Made by a program: the position numbers and the translations under genes. From assembly GCA_964478715.1 (NCBI GenBank), contig CAYZIY010000005.1, positions 19,832 through 83,831 of the forward strand: a DNA stretch of 64,000 nt. Direction: 5' to 3'. The DNA is from an uncultured Planctomycetales bacterium. Its GTDB lineage: Bacteria; Omnitrophota; Gorgyraeia; Zapsychrales; JBDRMG01. The first letter of the stretch is position 1. Every line of letters begins with the position of its first letter. The notes under the pieces are model-generated. The model saw only the letters and a list, made by a program, of their open reading frames with translations, searched no databases and had not been told where the DNA came from. Of the stretch, positions 1 through 9,219 are shown piece by piece.

Positions 1-500
1 TTTTAAACTATCAAAAGCTTGACTCAGGGCAATTGGATTTTGATTTCAAACGGATTGATCTCAATGAGATGATCAGAAAGACTGCCGAAGAAATGAAACT
101 GGTTTTTGAAAAAGAAGGCCTGACTCTTAAGCAGGATCTTTGCGGACAGCTTCCGGCTATCCAGTCTGATTATGATAAGATCAAGCAAGTTTTGATCAAT
201 TTGATCAATAATGCGAAAAAATTCACTGAAAAGGGAGGGGCCACGGTTAAATCTGAAATTGACCAAGACAATGTGGTGATTTCTGTTAGTGATACCGGCT
301 GCGGTATTCCCCAGGATAAAATCAAAACCCTTTTTCAACCCTTTTGCCAGGCGGAGAATAAGGAGGCAAAAGAAAAAGGAACTGGTTTAGGGCTCGCGAT
401 CAGCGAGAAAATCATTATCCAGCATGGGGGACGTATTGGGGCATCCAGCCAAGTCGGCGAAGGATCAACCTTTTCTTTTCAACTTCCTCTTAAAAGATAA
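1..500 (+). CDS. sensor histidine kinase, C-terminal fragment (HATPase_c); 5' end upstream of window
   Basis: Frame is open to the window edge; no stop upstream of the TTG at 33. N-box-like NLINNAKKF, G-boxes DTGCGIP and GTGLGLAISEKII, and a C-terminal GSTFSFQLP typical of the HK ATPase lid. Confidence 0.8.
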   Translation, partial: LNYQKLDSGQLDFDFKRIDLNEMIRKTAEEMKLVFEKEGLTLKQDLCGQLPAIQSDYDKIKQVLINLINNAKKFTEKGGATVKSEIDQDNVVISVSDTGCGIPQDKIKTLFQPFCQAENKEAKEKGTGLGLAISEKIIIQHGGRIGASSQVGEGSTFSFQLPLKR

Positions 501-503
501 TCC

Positions 504-2153
504 ATGGCGTATCAAATTTTATTAATCGATGATGATCGTGATTTTCGGAAGGAATTCCGGGATTATTTCTATGATCTTAAGGTCCTTGAAGCGGCCAACA
601 GCCGCGAAGCGATCAAGATTCTTCAAAAACCCCATCAGATCGATTTGATTATTCTTGATGAGATGCTGTCCTGCGAAAGAGGCACTCAGATTCTTCCGGA
701 GATTCGGTCTGCTGCTCCTCGCGTGGGGGTCATGATCCTGACCGGTTACGGCTCAACTGATGTGGCTGCCGAGGCCTTGAGAGGTCAGGCTGTTGATTTT
801 CTGGAAAAGCCTTTGAATAAAAGAAAACTACAATTAATCCGGTCGCGAATTAACTCGAGTTTTCTTTCGAAAGAGCCGCAGGCGCCTGATGAGGTCGAGA
901 GAAAGATTGAGAAGGCCAGGCTTTTTGCTCTAAGAAATTATGACAAAAAGCTTACTCTTAATGATGTTGCCGCGATTGTGCATTTGAGTCCGAAATACTT
1001 TAGCCGTTTATTCAAAAAGCGGACGGGATTTAGCTTCAGCGAATATCGCTTGAGTGTGCGGGTCGAAAAATCCAAGGAGCTTTTAAAGAAATCCGGGCAG
1101 AGCATTGATCAAATTTCATACTCTTTGGGATATAAGAATACGGAATCCTTTATCAGGATATTCAAGATGTTTTGCGGTCAAACGCCTCACTCGTTCCGTC
1201 AGAAGAGCAAGAAGAAAAAGAAGAACATCAGGATCCTGCCCGATAAAGGCGTTTTGAGTTCTATCTATACCCATTTGCAAGAAGAAAAAAAGCGTCTTAT
1301 TAAAGATAAAAAAACCTTGGGTCAGAAAAAACAGATCCTGCAAAAGGTAAACAGGAAATTAAAAGAAGAAAAAGAATATATTGAGGTTCAAAAGTCAGAA
1401 AGAGATCATTTGATCCGCAAAAAAACCAAGGAATTAAAGGCTACCAAACAGCAGCTGCGCAAAGAGAAACATCTTTCCGAGATCGGTAAACTGGCCTCGG
1501 TTATCGCTCATGAATTACGCAATCCCCTGGGAACCATTCAGACAGCTTTGTATAATATCAGACAAAAGACACGCAATAAAAAGCTATACGGTCATCTTAA
1601 CAGAATAGAAAAAAAGATCGATGAAAGCGAACAAATTATCAAGGGCCTGCTTCATTATGCCCGTATTTTGGCTCCTGCCCATCAAGAAATATCACTTTAT
1701 CCCCTTATCGTAGAATGCATCAAAACCCGTCGTCAAAGATTCAAGAAAAAAAGGGTGCGCATCAGTCAGGATCTTAATATTCTCAAAAAGAAAAAAATTC
1801 AGGCTGATGCTCTTCAGATGAGGCAGGTTTTCAATAATATTCTCAATAATGCTTTCCAGGCTATCTCTTCCTCCGGGGGGCATATTAAAATAACAGCAAG
1901 AAGACATCGAAAAAGTGCCCTGAAGATCGACATTCAAGATAACGGTAAAGGGATTGATCCGCTTGAAAAAGACAGAGTCTTTGAGTTGTTTTATTCGAGA
2001 CGCCCTCAGGGAACAGGATTGGGTCTGGCCGTGTGCAAACAGCTTGTCGAACTTCATAAAGGTCAAATCAGCATAAGAAGCCAAAAAGGTAAAGGCGCTG
2101 CCGTTACGATTTTTCTGCCATTGCGCAAGCGAAGAAAACTCTCTCGCTTTTAG
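504..2153 (+). CDS. hybrid signalling protein: REC receiver - AraC-type HTH - Lys-rich coiled coil - HisKA - HATPase_c
   Basis: N-terminal ILLIDDDRDF...DLIILDEML receiver. AraC HTH signature LTLNDVAAIVHLSPKYFSRLFKKRTGFSFSEYR...GYKNTESFIRIFK. ~120-aa K/E-rich helix. H-box IAHELRNPLGTI, N-box NNILNNAFQA and G-box GTGLGLAVCKQLVELH. Starts 4 nt after the upstream HK stop. Confidence 0.8.
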   Translation: MAYQILLIDDDRDFRKEFRDYFYDLKVLEAANSREAIKILQKPHQIDLIILDEMLSCERGTQILPEIRSAAPRVGVMILTGYGSTDVAAEALRGQAVDFLEKPLNKRKLQLIRSRINSSFLSKEPQAPDEVERKIEKARLFALRNYDKKLTLNDVAAIVHLSPKYFSRLFKKRTGFSFSEYRLSVRVEKSKELLKKSGQSIDQISYSLGYKNTESFIRIFKMFCGQTPHSFRQKSKKKKKNIRILPDKGVLSSIYTHLQEEKKRLIKDKKTLGQKKQILQKVNRKLKEEKEYIEVQKSERDHLIRKKTKELKATKQQLRKEKHLSEIGKLASVIAHELRNPLGTIQTALYNIRQKTRNKKLYGHLNRIEKKIDESEQIIKGLLHYARILAPAHQEISLYPLIVECIKTRRQRFKKKRVRISQDLNILKKKKIQADALQMRQVFNNILNNAFQAISSSGGHIKITARRHRKSALKIDIQDNGKGIDPLEKDRVFELFYSRRPQGTGLGLAVCKQLVELHKGQISIRSQKGKGAAVTIFLPLRKRRKLSRF

Positions 2154-2256
2154 ATTCAACAGCCAATTTCGGTCCATTAAAGTAGAACAAAGTCAATTAT
2201 TTCAGGAAACAGTCTATTCCCTCAGGGGGTCAATAGATTTATCATAGTAGTGTCTT

Positions 2257-2646
2257 ATGAAAAAAAGGAAAAATAAAAAGAAGATTGTCGCCATTGATGA
2301 CCAGAAAGATTTCTTGAAGGAGCTAAAGGAAACGCTCCAGATTACCGGTTATCAACCTTATGTCTTCAGCCGGGCCTCTCAGGCGCTTAGAGAGATCAAG
2401 AAGATTAAACCTGATGTTATCCTTCTGGATTTGAGACTGGGGAAAGAAAATGGTGTGGAGACAGCTCTCCAATTAAAAAATGAAAAAGAAACAAAATCTA
2501 TTCCCGTGATCATTATGACTGCTTTTTATGACCAGGATGATTACCGTTTGTTAAAACAAACATGTCAAATCGAAATGTGGCTCAAGAAACCTCTCAAACC
2601 TCTGGATATCATCGCAGCTATCGAGAAGAAAACTAAAGAAGTTTAA
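2257..2646 (+). CDS. single-domain response regulator (CheY-like receiver)
   Basis: KIVAIDDQKDF...PDVILLDLRLGKENG...IPVIIMTAF receiver motifs with a phospho-acceptor Asp. No output domain. Confidence 0.75.
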   Translation: MKKRKNKKKIVAIDDQKDFLKELKETLQITGYQPYVFSRASQALREIKKIKPDVILLDLRLGKENGVETALQLKNEKETKSIPVIIMTAFYDQDDYRLLKQTCQIEMWLKKPLKPLDIIAAIEKKTKEV

Positions 2647-2679
2647 GATATCAATAATACCGAATCAAAAAAGGAGGGT

Positions 2680-2985
2680 ATGGCCATGACGGAAGATCAT
2701 AAAAAAGCCTATCAACAGAAAGCCGAAGCTCAGATTAAGGCTTGGGAGCAAAAAATGAATGAGTTTAAATCCAAGATTGATCTGATGAGCGCGGATGCCA
2801 GAGTGAATTTGATAGAAAAATTAGGGGAGCTCAAAAGGAAGACAGAGCAGGCCAAGATGGGGCTGGATGAGGTCAAGAATTCGACTCAGCAAAACTGGGA
2901 AACTACGAGAGATAAAATCGAGGGGATGTTGGAGGCTACGAAAAATGCCGTTGACGATATTGCTTCGAAAATCAAAGGCGAGTAA
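2680..2985 (+). CDS. hypothetical small coiled-coil protein
   Basis: Strong SD AAAGGAGGG 6 nt upstream. 101 aa, K/E-rich heptad-like sequence. No recognisable domain. Confidence 0.4.
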   Translation: MAMTEDHKKAYQQKAEAQIKAWEQKMNEFKSKIDLMSADARVNLIEKLGELKRKTEQAKMGLDEVKNSTQQNWETTRDKIEGMLEATKNAVDDIASKIKGE

Positions 2986-3007
2986 CGGGTAAAAGCGCTC
3001 AGAGATT

Positions 3008-4429
3008 ATGAGAAAGAAAAAAGTGAAGGTTGCTGTCATTGGCGCCGGCACAGCCGGGCTTTCGGCTCTTCGCGAGGTTTTCAAAAAGACCAAAGATGCG
3101 GTGCTGATTAACGGCGGGTCTTACGGAACAACCTGCGCGCGGGTCGGATGTATGCCTTCTAAGGTGTTGATTCAGGCAGCTGATGATTTTGACCGCAGAA
3201 GATTATTTGCCCAGAAAGGAATCAGGGGAACAAAGGATCTTCGTCTAAATACCAGGAAACTGATGGATCATGTGCGCTGTAGGCGAGACTATTTTACCTC
3301 AGGTGTTTTAAAGACCATCCGGAAAATTGGTCAACGAAATCTTAAAGGATATGCTCGTTTTATTCATCCTCGCCTGCTTGATGTGGATGGACAGCGAGTC
3401 AAAGCTGATGCGATGATTATCGCAACCGGCTCCTCTCCTGTGATCCCGTCACGCTGGAAGTCACTAGAGAAGCATCTGATCACAACGGATAATTTCTTTG
3501 AACTCAAAAGTCTATCGGATCACATGTCTTTGATCGGTGCTGGAGCCATCGGTCTGGAAATCGGACAGGCCCTTTCCGGTCTAGGAATTAAGGTGGATCT
3601 TATTGAGGCTTCCGGATCGATCGGAGGCTTAAGTGATCCTGAAGTCAATCGAATGGCGTGTAAATATTTTGAGAGTAAGATGAATTTGCATCTTAACACT
3701 CAAGCGGATTTATCCTTAGAACAAGAAAAGGTTGTTATTCGTCTCAATAGCAAAACACTTAAAAGAGACAATGTTTTCTTAACGATGGGTCGGATGCCCA
3801 ATATCGATAAGCTGGAACTTGAGAATCTTCATGTGAGGCTCAACGAGAAAGGTCTGCCTCATGTTAATCCCCACACCTTGCAGGTGGGTTCTTTGCCTGT
3901 TTTTATGGCCGGAGATGTCAATGGAGACCGTCCGGTTCTTCATGAGGCCGCTGATGAAGGCGTTATAGCCGGATACAATGCCTTGCGCAGAAAGCCGTAT
4001 TGCTTCAAAAGACGGGTGCCGCTTGCGATTGCGTTTACAGATCCTCAGATCGTGGTTGTCGGAAAAGGATATCACCAAGTGAAGAAAGAACCTCATAAAA
4101 TTGGTGAAGCCAGATTCGATTCTCAGGGCCGCTCTTTAATTTTGGACCGCAATACAGGCTTGCTTCGGCTCTATGTCCGACCTTCTGATGGACGGCTTTT
4201 AGGCGCCGAAATGCTTGCGCCCCACGCGGAATATATAGGGCATCTATTAGCCTGGAGTTTGCAAAACTGTCTGAGTGTTTTTGATATACTCAAACTTCCT
4301 TTTTATCATCCGACCGTTTTAGAAGGCTTAAGGAGCGCTTTAAGAGAGGTGGCCGGCAAAGTCAAGAATAGGAAACCTAGCCTGGAGCTGGCCCCCTGCG
4401 AAGAGTTGCCTGTTTCCTGTTTTAATTGA
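3008..4429 (+). CDS. class I pyridine nucleotide-disulfide oxidoreductase (dihydrolipoamide dehydrogenase family)
   Basis: FAD-binding VAVIGAGTAGLSA, redox disulfide GTTCARVGCMPSK, second Rossmann LIGAGAIGLEIGQ, and dimerisation-domain FYHPTVLEGL. An unusual C-terminal Cys pair, CEELPVSC. Confidence 0.7.
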   Translation: MRKKKVKVAVIGAGTAGLSALREVFKKTKDAVLINGGSYGTTCARVGCMPSKVLIQAADDFDRRRLFAQKGIRGTKDLRLNTRKLMDHVRCRRDYFTSGVLKTIRKIGQRNLKGYARFIHPRLLDVDGQRVKADAMIIATGSSPVIPSRWKSLEKHLITTDNFFELKSLSDHMSLIGAGAIGLEIGQALSGLGIKVDLIEASGSIGGLSDPEVNRMACKYFESKMNLHLNTQADLSLEQEKVVIRLNSKTLKRDNVFLTMGRMPNIDKLELENLHVRLNEKGLPHVNPHTLQVGSLPVFMAGDVNGDRPVLHEAADEGVIAGYNALRRKPYCFKRRVPLAIAFTDPQIVVVGKGYHQVKKEPHKIGEARFDSQGRSLILDRNTGLLRLYVRPSDGRLLGAEMLAPHAEYIGHLLAWSLQNCLSVFDILKLPFYHPTVLEGLRSALREVAGKVKNRKPSLELAPCEELPVSCFN

Positions 4430-4491
4430 TTGGGTCGATAAAGCTTGATCTGTAACCCACATGACAGAGCTTTTGATAGGAGAATGAAACA

Positions 4492-5100
4492 ATGAATAAG
4501 GATCTTTTAAGAAAAATGAAAAATTATTTCTGGACCGGCATTGCCTCATTGTTTCCTATTCTGATCACCGGATATGTTATTTATTTGATGTTTTCGATCG
4601 TTGAGAAATTCATCGGGAAACCGATCAATCATTTCTTTGTAGATCAATTCGGCTATTATCTACCGGGAATCGGTTTTGTCGTTTCTTTATTTTTGATTGT
4701 CGGAGTTGGATTTATATCGAGTTTATATGTTGGCCGTTGGTTTCAATCTTTACTGGAAAGCATATTACGGCGGATTCCAGTGATCGGAAATATTTATCCC
4801 TCGGCTAAAAAGGTATCCGAATTTCTTTTCAGCAGTGAACAGAAAAAGCAATTCAAAAAGGTAGTTCTGGTGGAATATCCCGGTAAAGGTAACTGGTCCA
4901 TAGGTTTTATTACTAATGAAAAGATCAGCGAAGAAATCATGAAAGCCCAAAAGGACGAAGTTTGCGTTTTTATCCCTCTGGCTCCGGCGCCTTTTTCGGG
5001 CTTTATTGTGATAGTGACTAGGGATCGCGTTAAAGAAATTGATCTCAGCATTGAGGAGGCCATCAAATTTGTTTTTTCCGCTGGTGTCGTAACGTCCTAA
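4492..5100 (+). CDS. DUF502-like membrane protein
   Basis: Two N-terminal TM helices followed by a soluble domain. Size and topology are typical of COG2928/DUF502. No catalytic motifs. Confidence 0.4.
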   Translation: MNKDLLRKMKNYFWTGIASLFPILITGYVIYLMFSIVEKFIGKPINHFFVDQFGYYLPGIGFVVSLFLIVGVGFISSLYVGRWFQSLLESILRRIPVIGNIYPSAKKVSEFLFSSEQKKQFKKVVLVEYPGKGNWSIGFITNEKISEEIMKAQKDEVCVFIPLAPAPFSGFIVIVTRDRVKEIDLSIEEAIKFVFSAGVVTS

Positions 5101-5125
5101 AAACACATCTCATTAAGGAAATTTT

Positions 5126-7411
5126 ATGATTAGCCGTATCAGAAATTCTTTAATCAATTATATGATTAAGAAAACGGCTCGCAATTACGGGTTTTTGGAT
5201 CCCATGAAATTATTGGGACAACTCAACCGTTTCGCCCAGCCTTCCAGCGTGTTGGTGCCTACGGAGTTATTGCGATCCGGCGCCCTGTTGCAGGCCCGGG
5301 GATTGATCAATTCTCAGGCCATTCAACATAATCTGGATTGGCTTTGGCCTTTCTGGGTTCGGCGTCAATTTGATCCCATAGATATTTCTTTTATTCCCCG
5401 AGCTTTTTCTCTAACACATATTAATTTAACGCATCGAAATTGGACCGCCATTGGTCTGCCCGGCTGTTCGCAAACGCCGATCGTTGATCCACGCGGATTA
5501 TTAACGCCCTTCTGGGATGGCTGGTCATTGGATTGCTGGATCGTTCATAAAGATAGAGAGGATTTAATTCCTTCTCAAATGAATTCGGTGGATCAAAAGA
5601 TTCACATCAATGATCAGCTGGCAGTCTCTACGTGTTTTGATCAAAAAGGTTCCCGGCTTTTAACCTGGTGTTTCGTCGAGCGCCAAGAAGGCGAATATAT
5701 CTGCCGGATGGATGTCACGGCTCAAAGTTTTCAACCGGCCTGGCTCGCTGTTTCTTTAAGGCCCTATAATCCCGAGGGGGTCAGTTTTATTCACACCATT
5801 GAGCGTCTTAAGGATATTCCGGGATGGTGCGTGAATCAAACGGATCAAATAGAGTTTTCTTGCAAGCCTCAACAATATTCTTTCTCTGATTACCGTCAAG
5901 GAGATGTTTATCATCGTCTTTTGGCTCAGCCCGATAGAAAGAAAATCAAATGCGATGTCGGCATGGCAACGGCAGCGGCTTTATTTGATTTATCCAGTGA
6001 AAAAGAAAAATCGCTGGCGATTCAGGTCCCTTTGAAATATGAAAAAACAGGAAAGGTTTCATTTCAGAAACAGAAACCCGTTATCCAAACATGGGGCGAA
6101 GCGCTAAAAGAAAGATGCGCTTTAGAGATTCCCGATCAACAAAGCAGCCGGCTCTATGAGATCGCGTTGCGGACAATGGTTTTGCATGCCTCCGATAAGC
6201 TCTATGCTGGACCGTATACATATAAACGTTTCTGGTTTCGGGATGCTGTGTTTATTTGCTATGCCTTTTTGTGCGCCGGTCTTAAGGAGAAAGCTTGGGA
6301 GATGATGAACCAGTTTGAAAGACGGCAAAAAGCAAACGGATATTTTGAATCCCAGGAAGGCGAGTGGGACAGTAACGGGCAGGTCTTGTGGCTTTTGGAA
6401 AAATATTGCCAGCTGACCGGAGAAAATCTTCCGGATTTCTGGAAAGCCATTATTAAGAAAGCGGCCAGATGGATTATCAGAAAGAGACTTGTCGATGATA
6501 TCAATGCTTTACATGCCGGTCTGATGCCTGCGGGTTTTAGCGCGGAGCACTTAGGGCCCAATGATTACTATTATTGGGATAACTTTTGGTCTGTTGCCGG
6601 ACTCCGTTATGCAGCTTCGCTGATGGAGCGTTTTCAAGAATGGGATGAGGCCAAAGGTTACCGGCAGGAAGCCGAGGCATTAATGAGTAAAATAGAAAAG
6701 AGTTTGCAGGCAGTTGCTCAACGGTTGTCGTCAAATGTTATCCCGGCTTCTATTTATCGACGGATGGACAGCGGAGCGGTGGGCTCTCTTGTTGCCGGTT
6801 ATCCGCTTCAATTATTTGGTGAAAAAGATCAGCGTTTAACCGAAACCGTTGAGTATCTTTACCGGAACTGTCTGGTGGATAAGGGATTTTTTCACGATAT
6901 GAGTCATTCGGGGATCAATCCTTATCTGACATTACACATCGCGCAGGTTATGTTGCGTGGCGGTGATATCCGGTTTTTTGATTTAATGCAGGCTATTCGC
7001 GATTTGGCTTCCGAAACGGGCCAGTGGCCGGAAGCTATTCATCCCATAACCAAAGGCGGTTGTATGGGTGATGGGCAGCATGTCTGGGCTGCCGCCGAAT
7101 GGACCTTGATGATGCGCAACTGTTTTGTCCGAGAGGATGGATGCGATCGATCATTGATTTTATGCCAAGGAATCATGCCCCAGTGGTATGCCAATCAAAG
7201 AGAAATTTCTTTTGGCTGGACTCCGACTTCTTTGGGAAACCTGAAAGTTAAACTCCAAACTTATTCGGATAAAATCATCATTAGCTGGGATGGCCGATGG
7301 CATGACAGGGAACCTTTAATCGACATCCGACTTCCCGGATTTCAGCCGGTTTTGGTGCCTTCCGGGAGCCATCAGAAAGTTATTTTCTCTCCGCAAGGAA
7401 TCGAATCATGA
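5126..7411 (+). CDS. six-hairpin (alpha/alpha)6 glycoside hydrolase-like protein (GH15/GDE_C-like)
   Basis: 761 aa, W-rich central region (WFRDAVFICYAF, GQVLWLLEKY) resembling glucoamylase/debranching-enzyme barrels. Overlaps the downstream GT4 start by 4 nt. Confidence 0.35.
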   Translation: MISRIRNSLINYMIKKTARNYGFLDPMKLLGQLNRFAQPSSVLVPTELLRSGALLQARGLINSQAIQHNLDWLWPFWVRRQFDPIDISFIPRAFSLTHINLTHRNWTAIGLPGCSQTPIVDPRGLLTPFWDGWSLDCWIVHKDREDLIPSQMNSVDQKIHINDQLAVSTCFDQKGSRLLTWCFVERQEGEYICRMDVTAQSFQPAWLAVSLRPYNPEGVSFIHTIERLKDIPGWCVNQTDQIEFSCKPQQYSFSDYRQGDVYHRLLAQPDRKKIKCDVGMATAAALFDLSSEKEKSLAIQVPLKYEKTGKVSFQKQKPVIQTWGEALKERCALEIPDQQSSRLYEIALRTMVLHASDKLYAGPYTYKRFWFRDAVFICYAFLCAGLKEKAWEMMNQFERRQKANGYFESQEGEWDSNGQVLWLLEKYCQLTGENLPDFWKAIIKKAARWIIRKRLVDDINALHAGLMPAGFSAEHLGPNDYYYWDNFWSVAGLRYAASLMERFQEWDEAKGYRQEAEALMSKIEKSLQAVAQRLSSNVIPASIYRRMDSGAVGSLVAGYPLQLFGEKDQRLTETVEYLYRNCLVDKGFFHDMSHSGINPYLTLHIAQVMLRGGDIRFFDLMQAIRDLASETGQWPEAIHPITKGGCMGDGQHVWAAAEWTLMMRNCFVREDGCDRSLILCQGIMPQWYANQREISFGWTPTSLGNLKVKLQTYSDKIIISWDGRWHDREPLIDIRLPGFQPVLVPSGSHQKVIFSPQGIES

Positions 7412-8700
7412 ATATTGTGATGATGACTAATACGTATAAACCGATCATCGGGGGTTTAGAAAGATCCGTAGAAGCATTTACCGAGTATTATCGAAAAAAA
7501 GATCATCAGGTACTTATTGTTACTCCCGAGCATCAGGAGGCCCTCGGGCACGAGGAGGGCGTGATCCGTGTTCCCGCTATCCAGCATTTCAATGGGACCG
7601 ATTTTTCTGTCGAGCTTCCGATTCATTTCACGCTTCTTAAAGAATTAGATCAGTGGAAACCGGATATTATTCATTCGCATCATCCGTTTTTGATCGGCGA
7701 TACAGCTTTACGTGCTTCGGAAAGATATCAAATTCCCATTGTTTTTACGCACCATACTCTCTTTGAACAATACACCCATTATGTGCCCGTTAAAGCCAGG
7801 GCCTTGAAAGATTTTGTTGTGGGACTAGCTGTAGGCTATGCTAATCTTTGCGATCATGTTTTCGCTCCCAGTGAAAGTATCCGGGATCTGATCAAAGAAC
7901 GCGGCATCATCAAACCTGTCAGTGTGGTCCCGACGGGAATTGAGACAGAGAAGTTTCTTAAGGGTGACGGGGAAGGTTTTCGAGAAAAATACGGAATCAG
8001 GAATGATTGTTTTCTTTGTGGTACGGTCGGTCGAGTTGCAAAAGAGAAAAATACTGATTTTTTGATGCACGCGATCGCGCGGTTTCTTAAAGACAATGAC
8101 CGGGCTGAGTTTGTTGTCGTCGGCCAGGGAGATGCTCTTAAGGGAATGAGCAACTATTTTGATAGGGAAGGTTTAAGCGAACGGTTTCATACAACTGGTT
8201 CGCTTCAAGATCAAGAGTTGGTCGATGCTTATCATGCGATGGATGTCTTCGTTTTCGCCTCTCACAGCGAAACACAGGGATTGGTTTTGATTGAAGCGAT
8301 GGCCTGCGGCGTTCCGGTTGTGGCTGTCGATGCCCCCGGTGTACGGGAAGTTTGCGAAGAGCGAGTCAACGGCCGGTTGATCAGCCGGGACAATGAGAAA
8401 GATTTCTGTGAGGCCTTGAACTGGATGGCGAATCTGGATAAGGACATTTACCTTAAGATGAAATCTTTGACCCGTCAAAAGGCCGAGGAATTTACTCAAA
8501 AGAAGGTCGCTGAGAAAGCCTTAGCTATTTATGAAGAGCTGATCTTAAGGAAATACAAAGAAAAACCTCTGGATGATAATCCCTGGAGCCGGGCTGTTGG
8601 TATGATTAAGGCAGAGCTCAAGTTGCTCCAAACCTACTCCCAGGTTTCGCAGGAGGCTATAAAAAAGAACGGTCAAAAAGAAAATCATTTCCAAGGATGA
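7408..8700 (+). CDS. glycosyltransferase family 4 (GT-B)
   Basis: Glyco_trans_4 N-terminal domain, then the GT4 C-terminal motif EAMACGVPVVAVDAPGVREV. Confidence 0.75.
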   Translation: MNIVMMTNTYKPIIGGLERSVEAFTEYYRKKDHQVLIVTPEHQEALGHEEGVIRVPAIQHFNGTDFSVELPIHFTLLKELDQWKPDIIHSHHPFLIGDTALRASERYQIPIVFTHHTLFEQYTHYVPVKARALKDFVVGLAVGYANLCDHVFAPSESIRDLIKERGIIKPVSVVPTGIETEKFLKGDGEGFREKYGIRNDCFLCGTVGRVAKEKNTDFLMHAIARFLKDNDRAEFVVVGQGDALKGMSNYFDREGLSERFHTTGSLQDQELVDAYHAMDVFVFASHSETQGLVLIEAMACGVPVVAVDAPGVREVCEERVNGRLISRDNEKDFCEALNWMANLDKDIYLKMKSLTRQKAEEFTQKKVAEKALAIYEELILRKYKEKPLDDNPWSRAVGMIKAELKLLQTYSQVSQEAIKKNGQKENHFQG

Positions 8701-8737
8701 TTGCACACAATGTTGAAGATACAAAAAGGAGGATGAA

Positions 8738-9172
8738 ATGACTCAGGCAAAAAACGGTGACAAAGTGAAAGTTCGATATGTCGGTAAATTCACAAATGGC
8801 GAAATTTTTGATAATTCTAAAGAGAAAAATCCTTTAGAATTCACTCTGGGAGACGACAATATTATGGCCGCTTTTCAGCAGGCCGTGATCGGCATGGAAC
8901 CGGGTCAGTCGAAAACAACAACTATTCCTTCGCAAGAAGCCTACGGCGCTCGGGATAAAGATAAGGCTGTAAAAGTTAAGCGAGACGACTTGCCGAAAGG
9001 GTTGAATCCTGAAGTCGGCCAACAACTCAAGGCTCAGGAGGAAGGCGGGCGGACGATTCCCGTTCTCGTGACGGCCATTGATGAGGAAAGTGTTACGCTG
9101 GACATCAACCATCCTTTGGCCGGAAAAGATCTACTGTTTGATATTCATCTGGCAGAGATCGTTAGCGGCTGA
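8738..9172 (+). CDS. FKBP-type peptidyl-prolyl cis-trans isomerase (SlyD/FkpB-like with IF insert)
   Basis: VKVRYVGKFTNGEIFDNS...LEFTLG...AVIGMEPG...HPLAGKDLLFDIHLAEI. SD AAAGGAGG upstream. Confidence 0.75.
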   Translation: MTQAKNGDKVKVRYVGKFTNGEIFDNSKEKNPLEFTLGDDNIMAAFQQAVIGMEPGQSKTTTIPSQEAYGARDKDKAVKVKRDDLPKGLNPEVGQQLKAQEEGGRTIPVLVTAIDEESVTLDINHPLAGKDLLFDIHLAEIVSG

Positions 9173-9219
9173 TCGGCGTCTCTGGAAATAGAAAATAAAA
9201 ATTTTCATAATCAAAAGGC

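Noticed and set aside
1200-1460. Purine-rich low-complexity DNA (AAGAAGAAAAAGAAG-type runs) that could be taken for a simple-sequence repeat or degenerate CRISPR-like array
   Set aside because: It lies in frame within the hybrid signalling gene. It encodes a Lys/Glu-rich coiled-coil linker and has no repeat-spacer periodicity.
1692-2177. Antisense or nested ORFs in the supplied track (e.g. 1116-1343-, 1692-2177-, 3779-4096-, 8173-8499-, 38733-39332-, 47541-48098-, 48390-48869-, 16609-16800+, 32314-32523+)
   Set aside because: Each is embedded in a longer opposite-strand or alternate-frame gene with strong domain support. They have no SD or recognisable motifs and their composition is typical of shadow ORFs.
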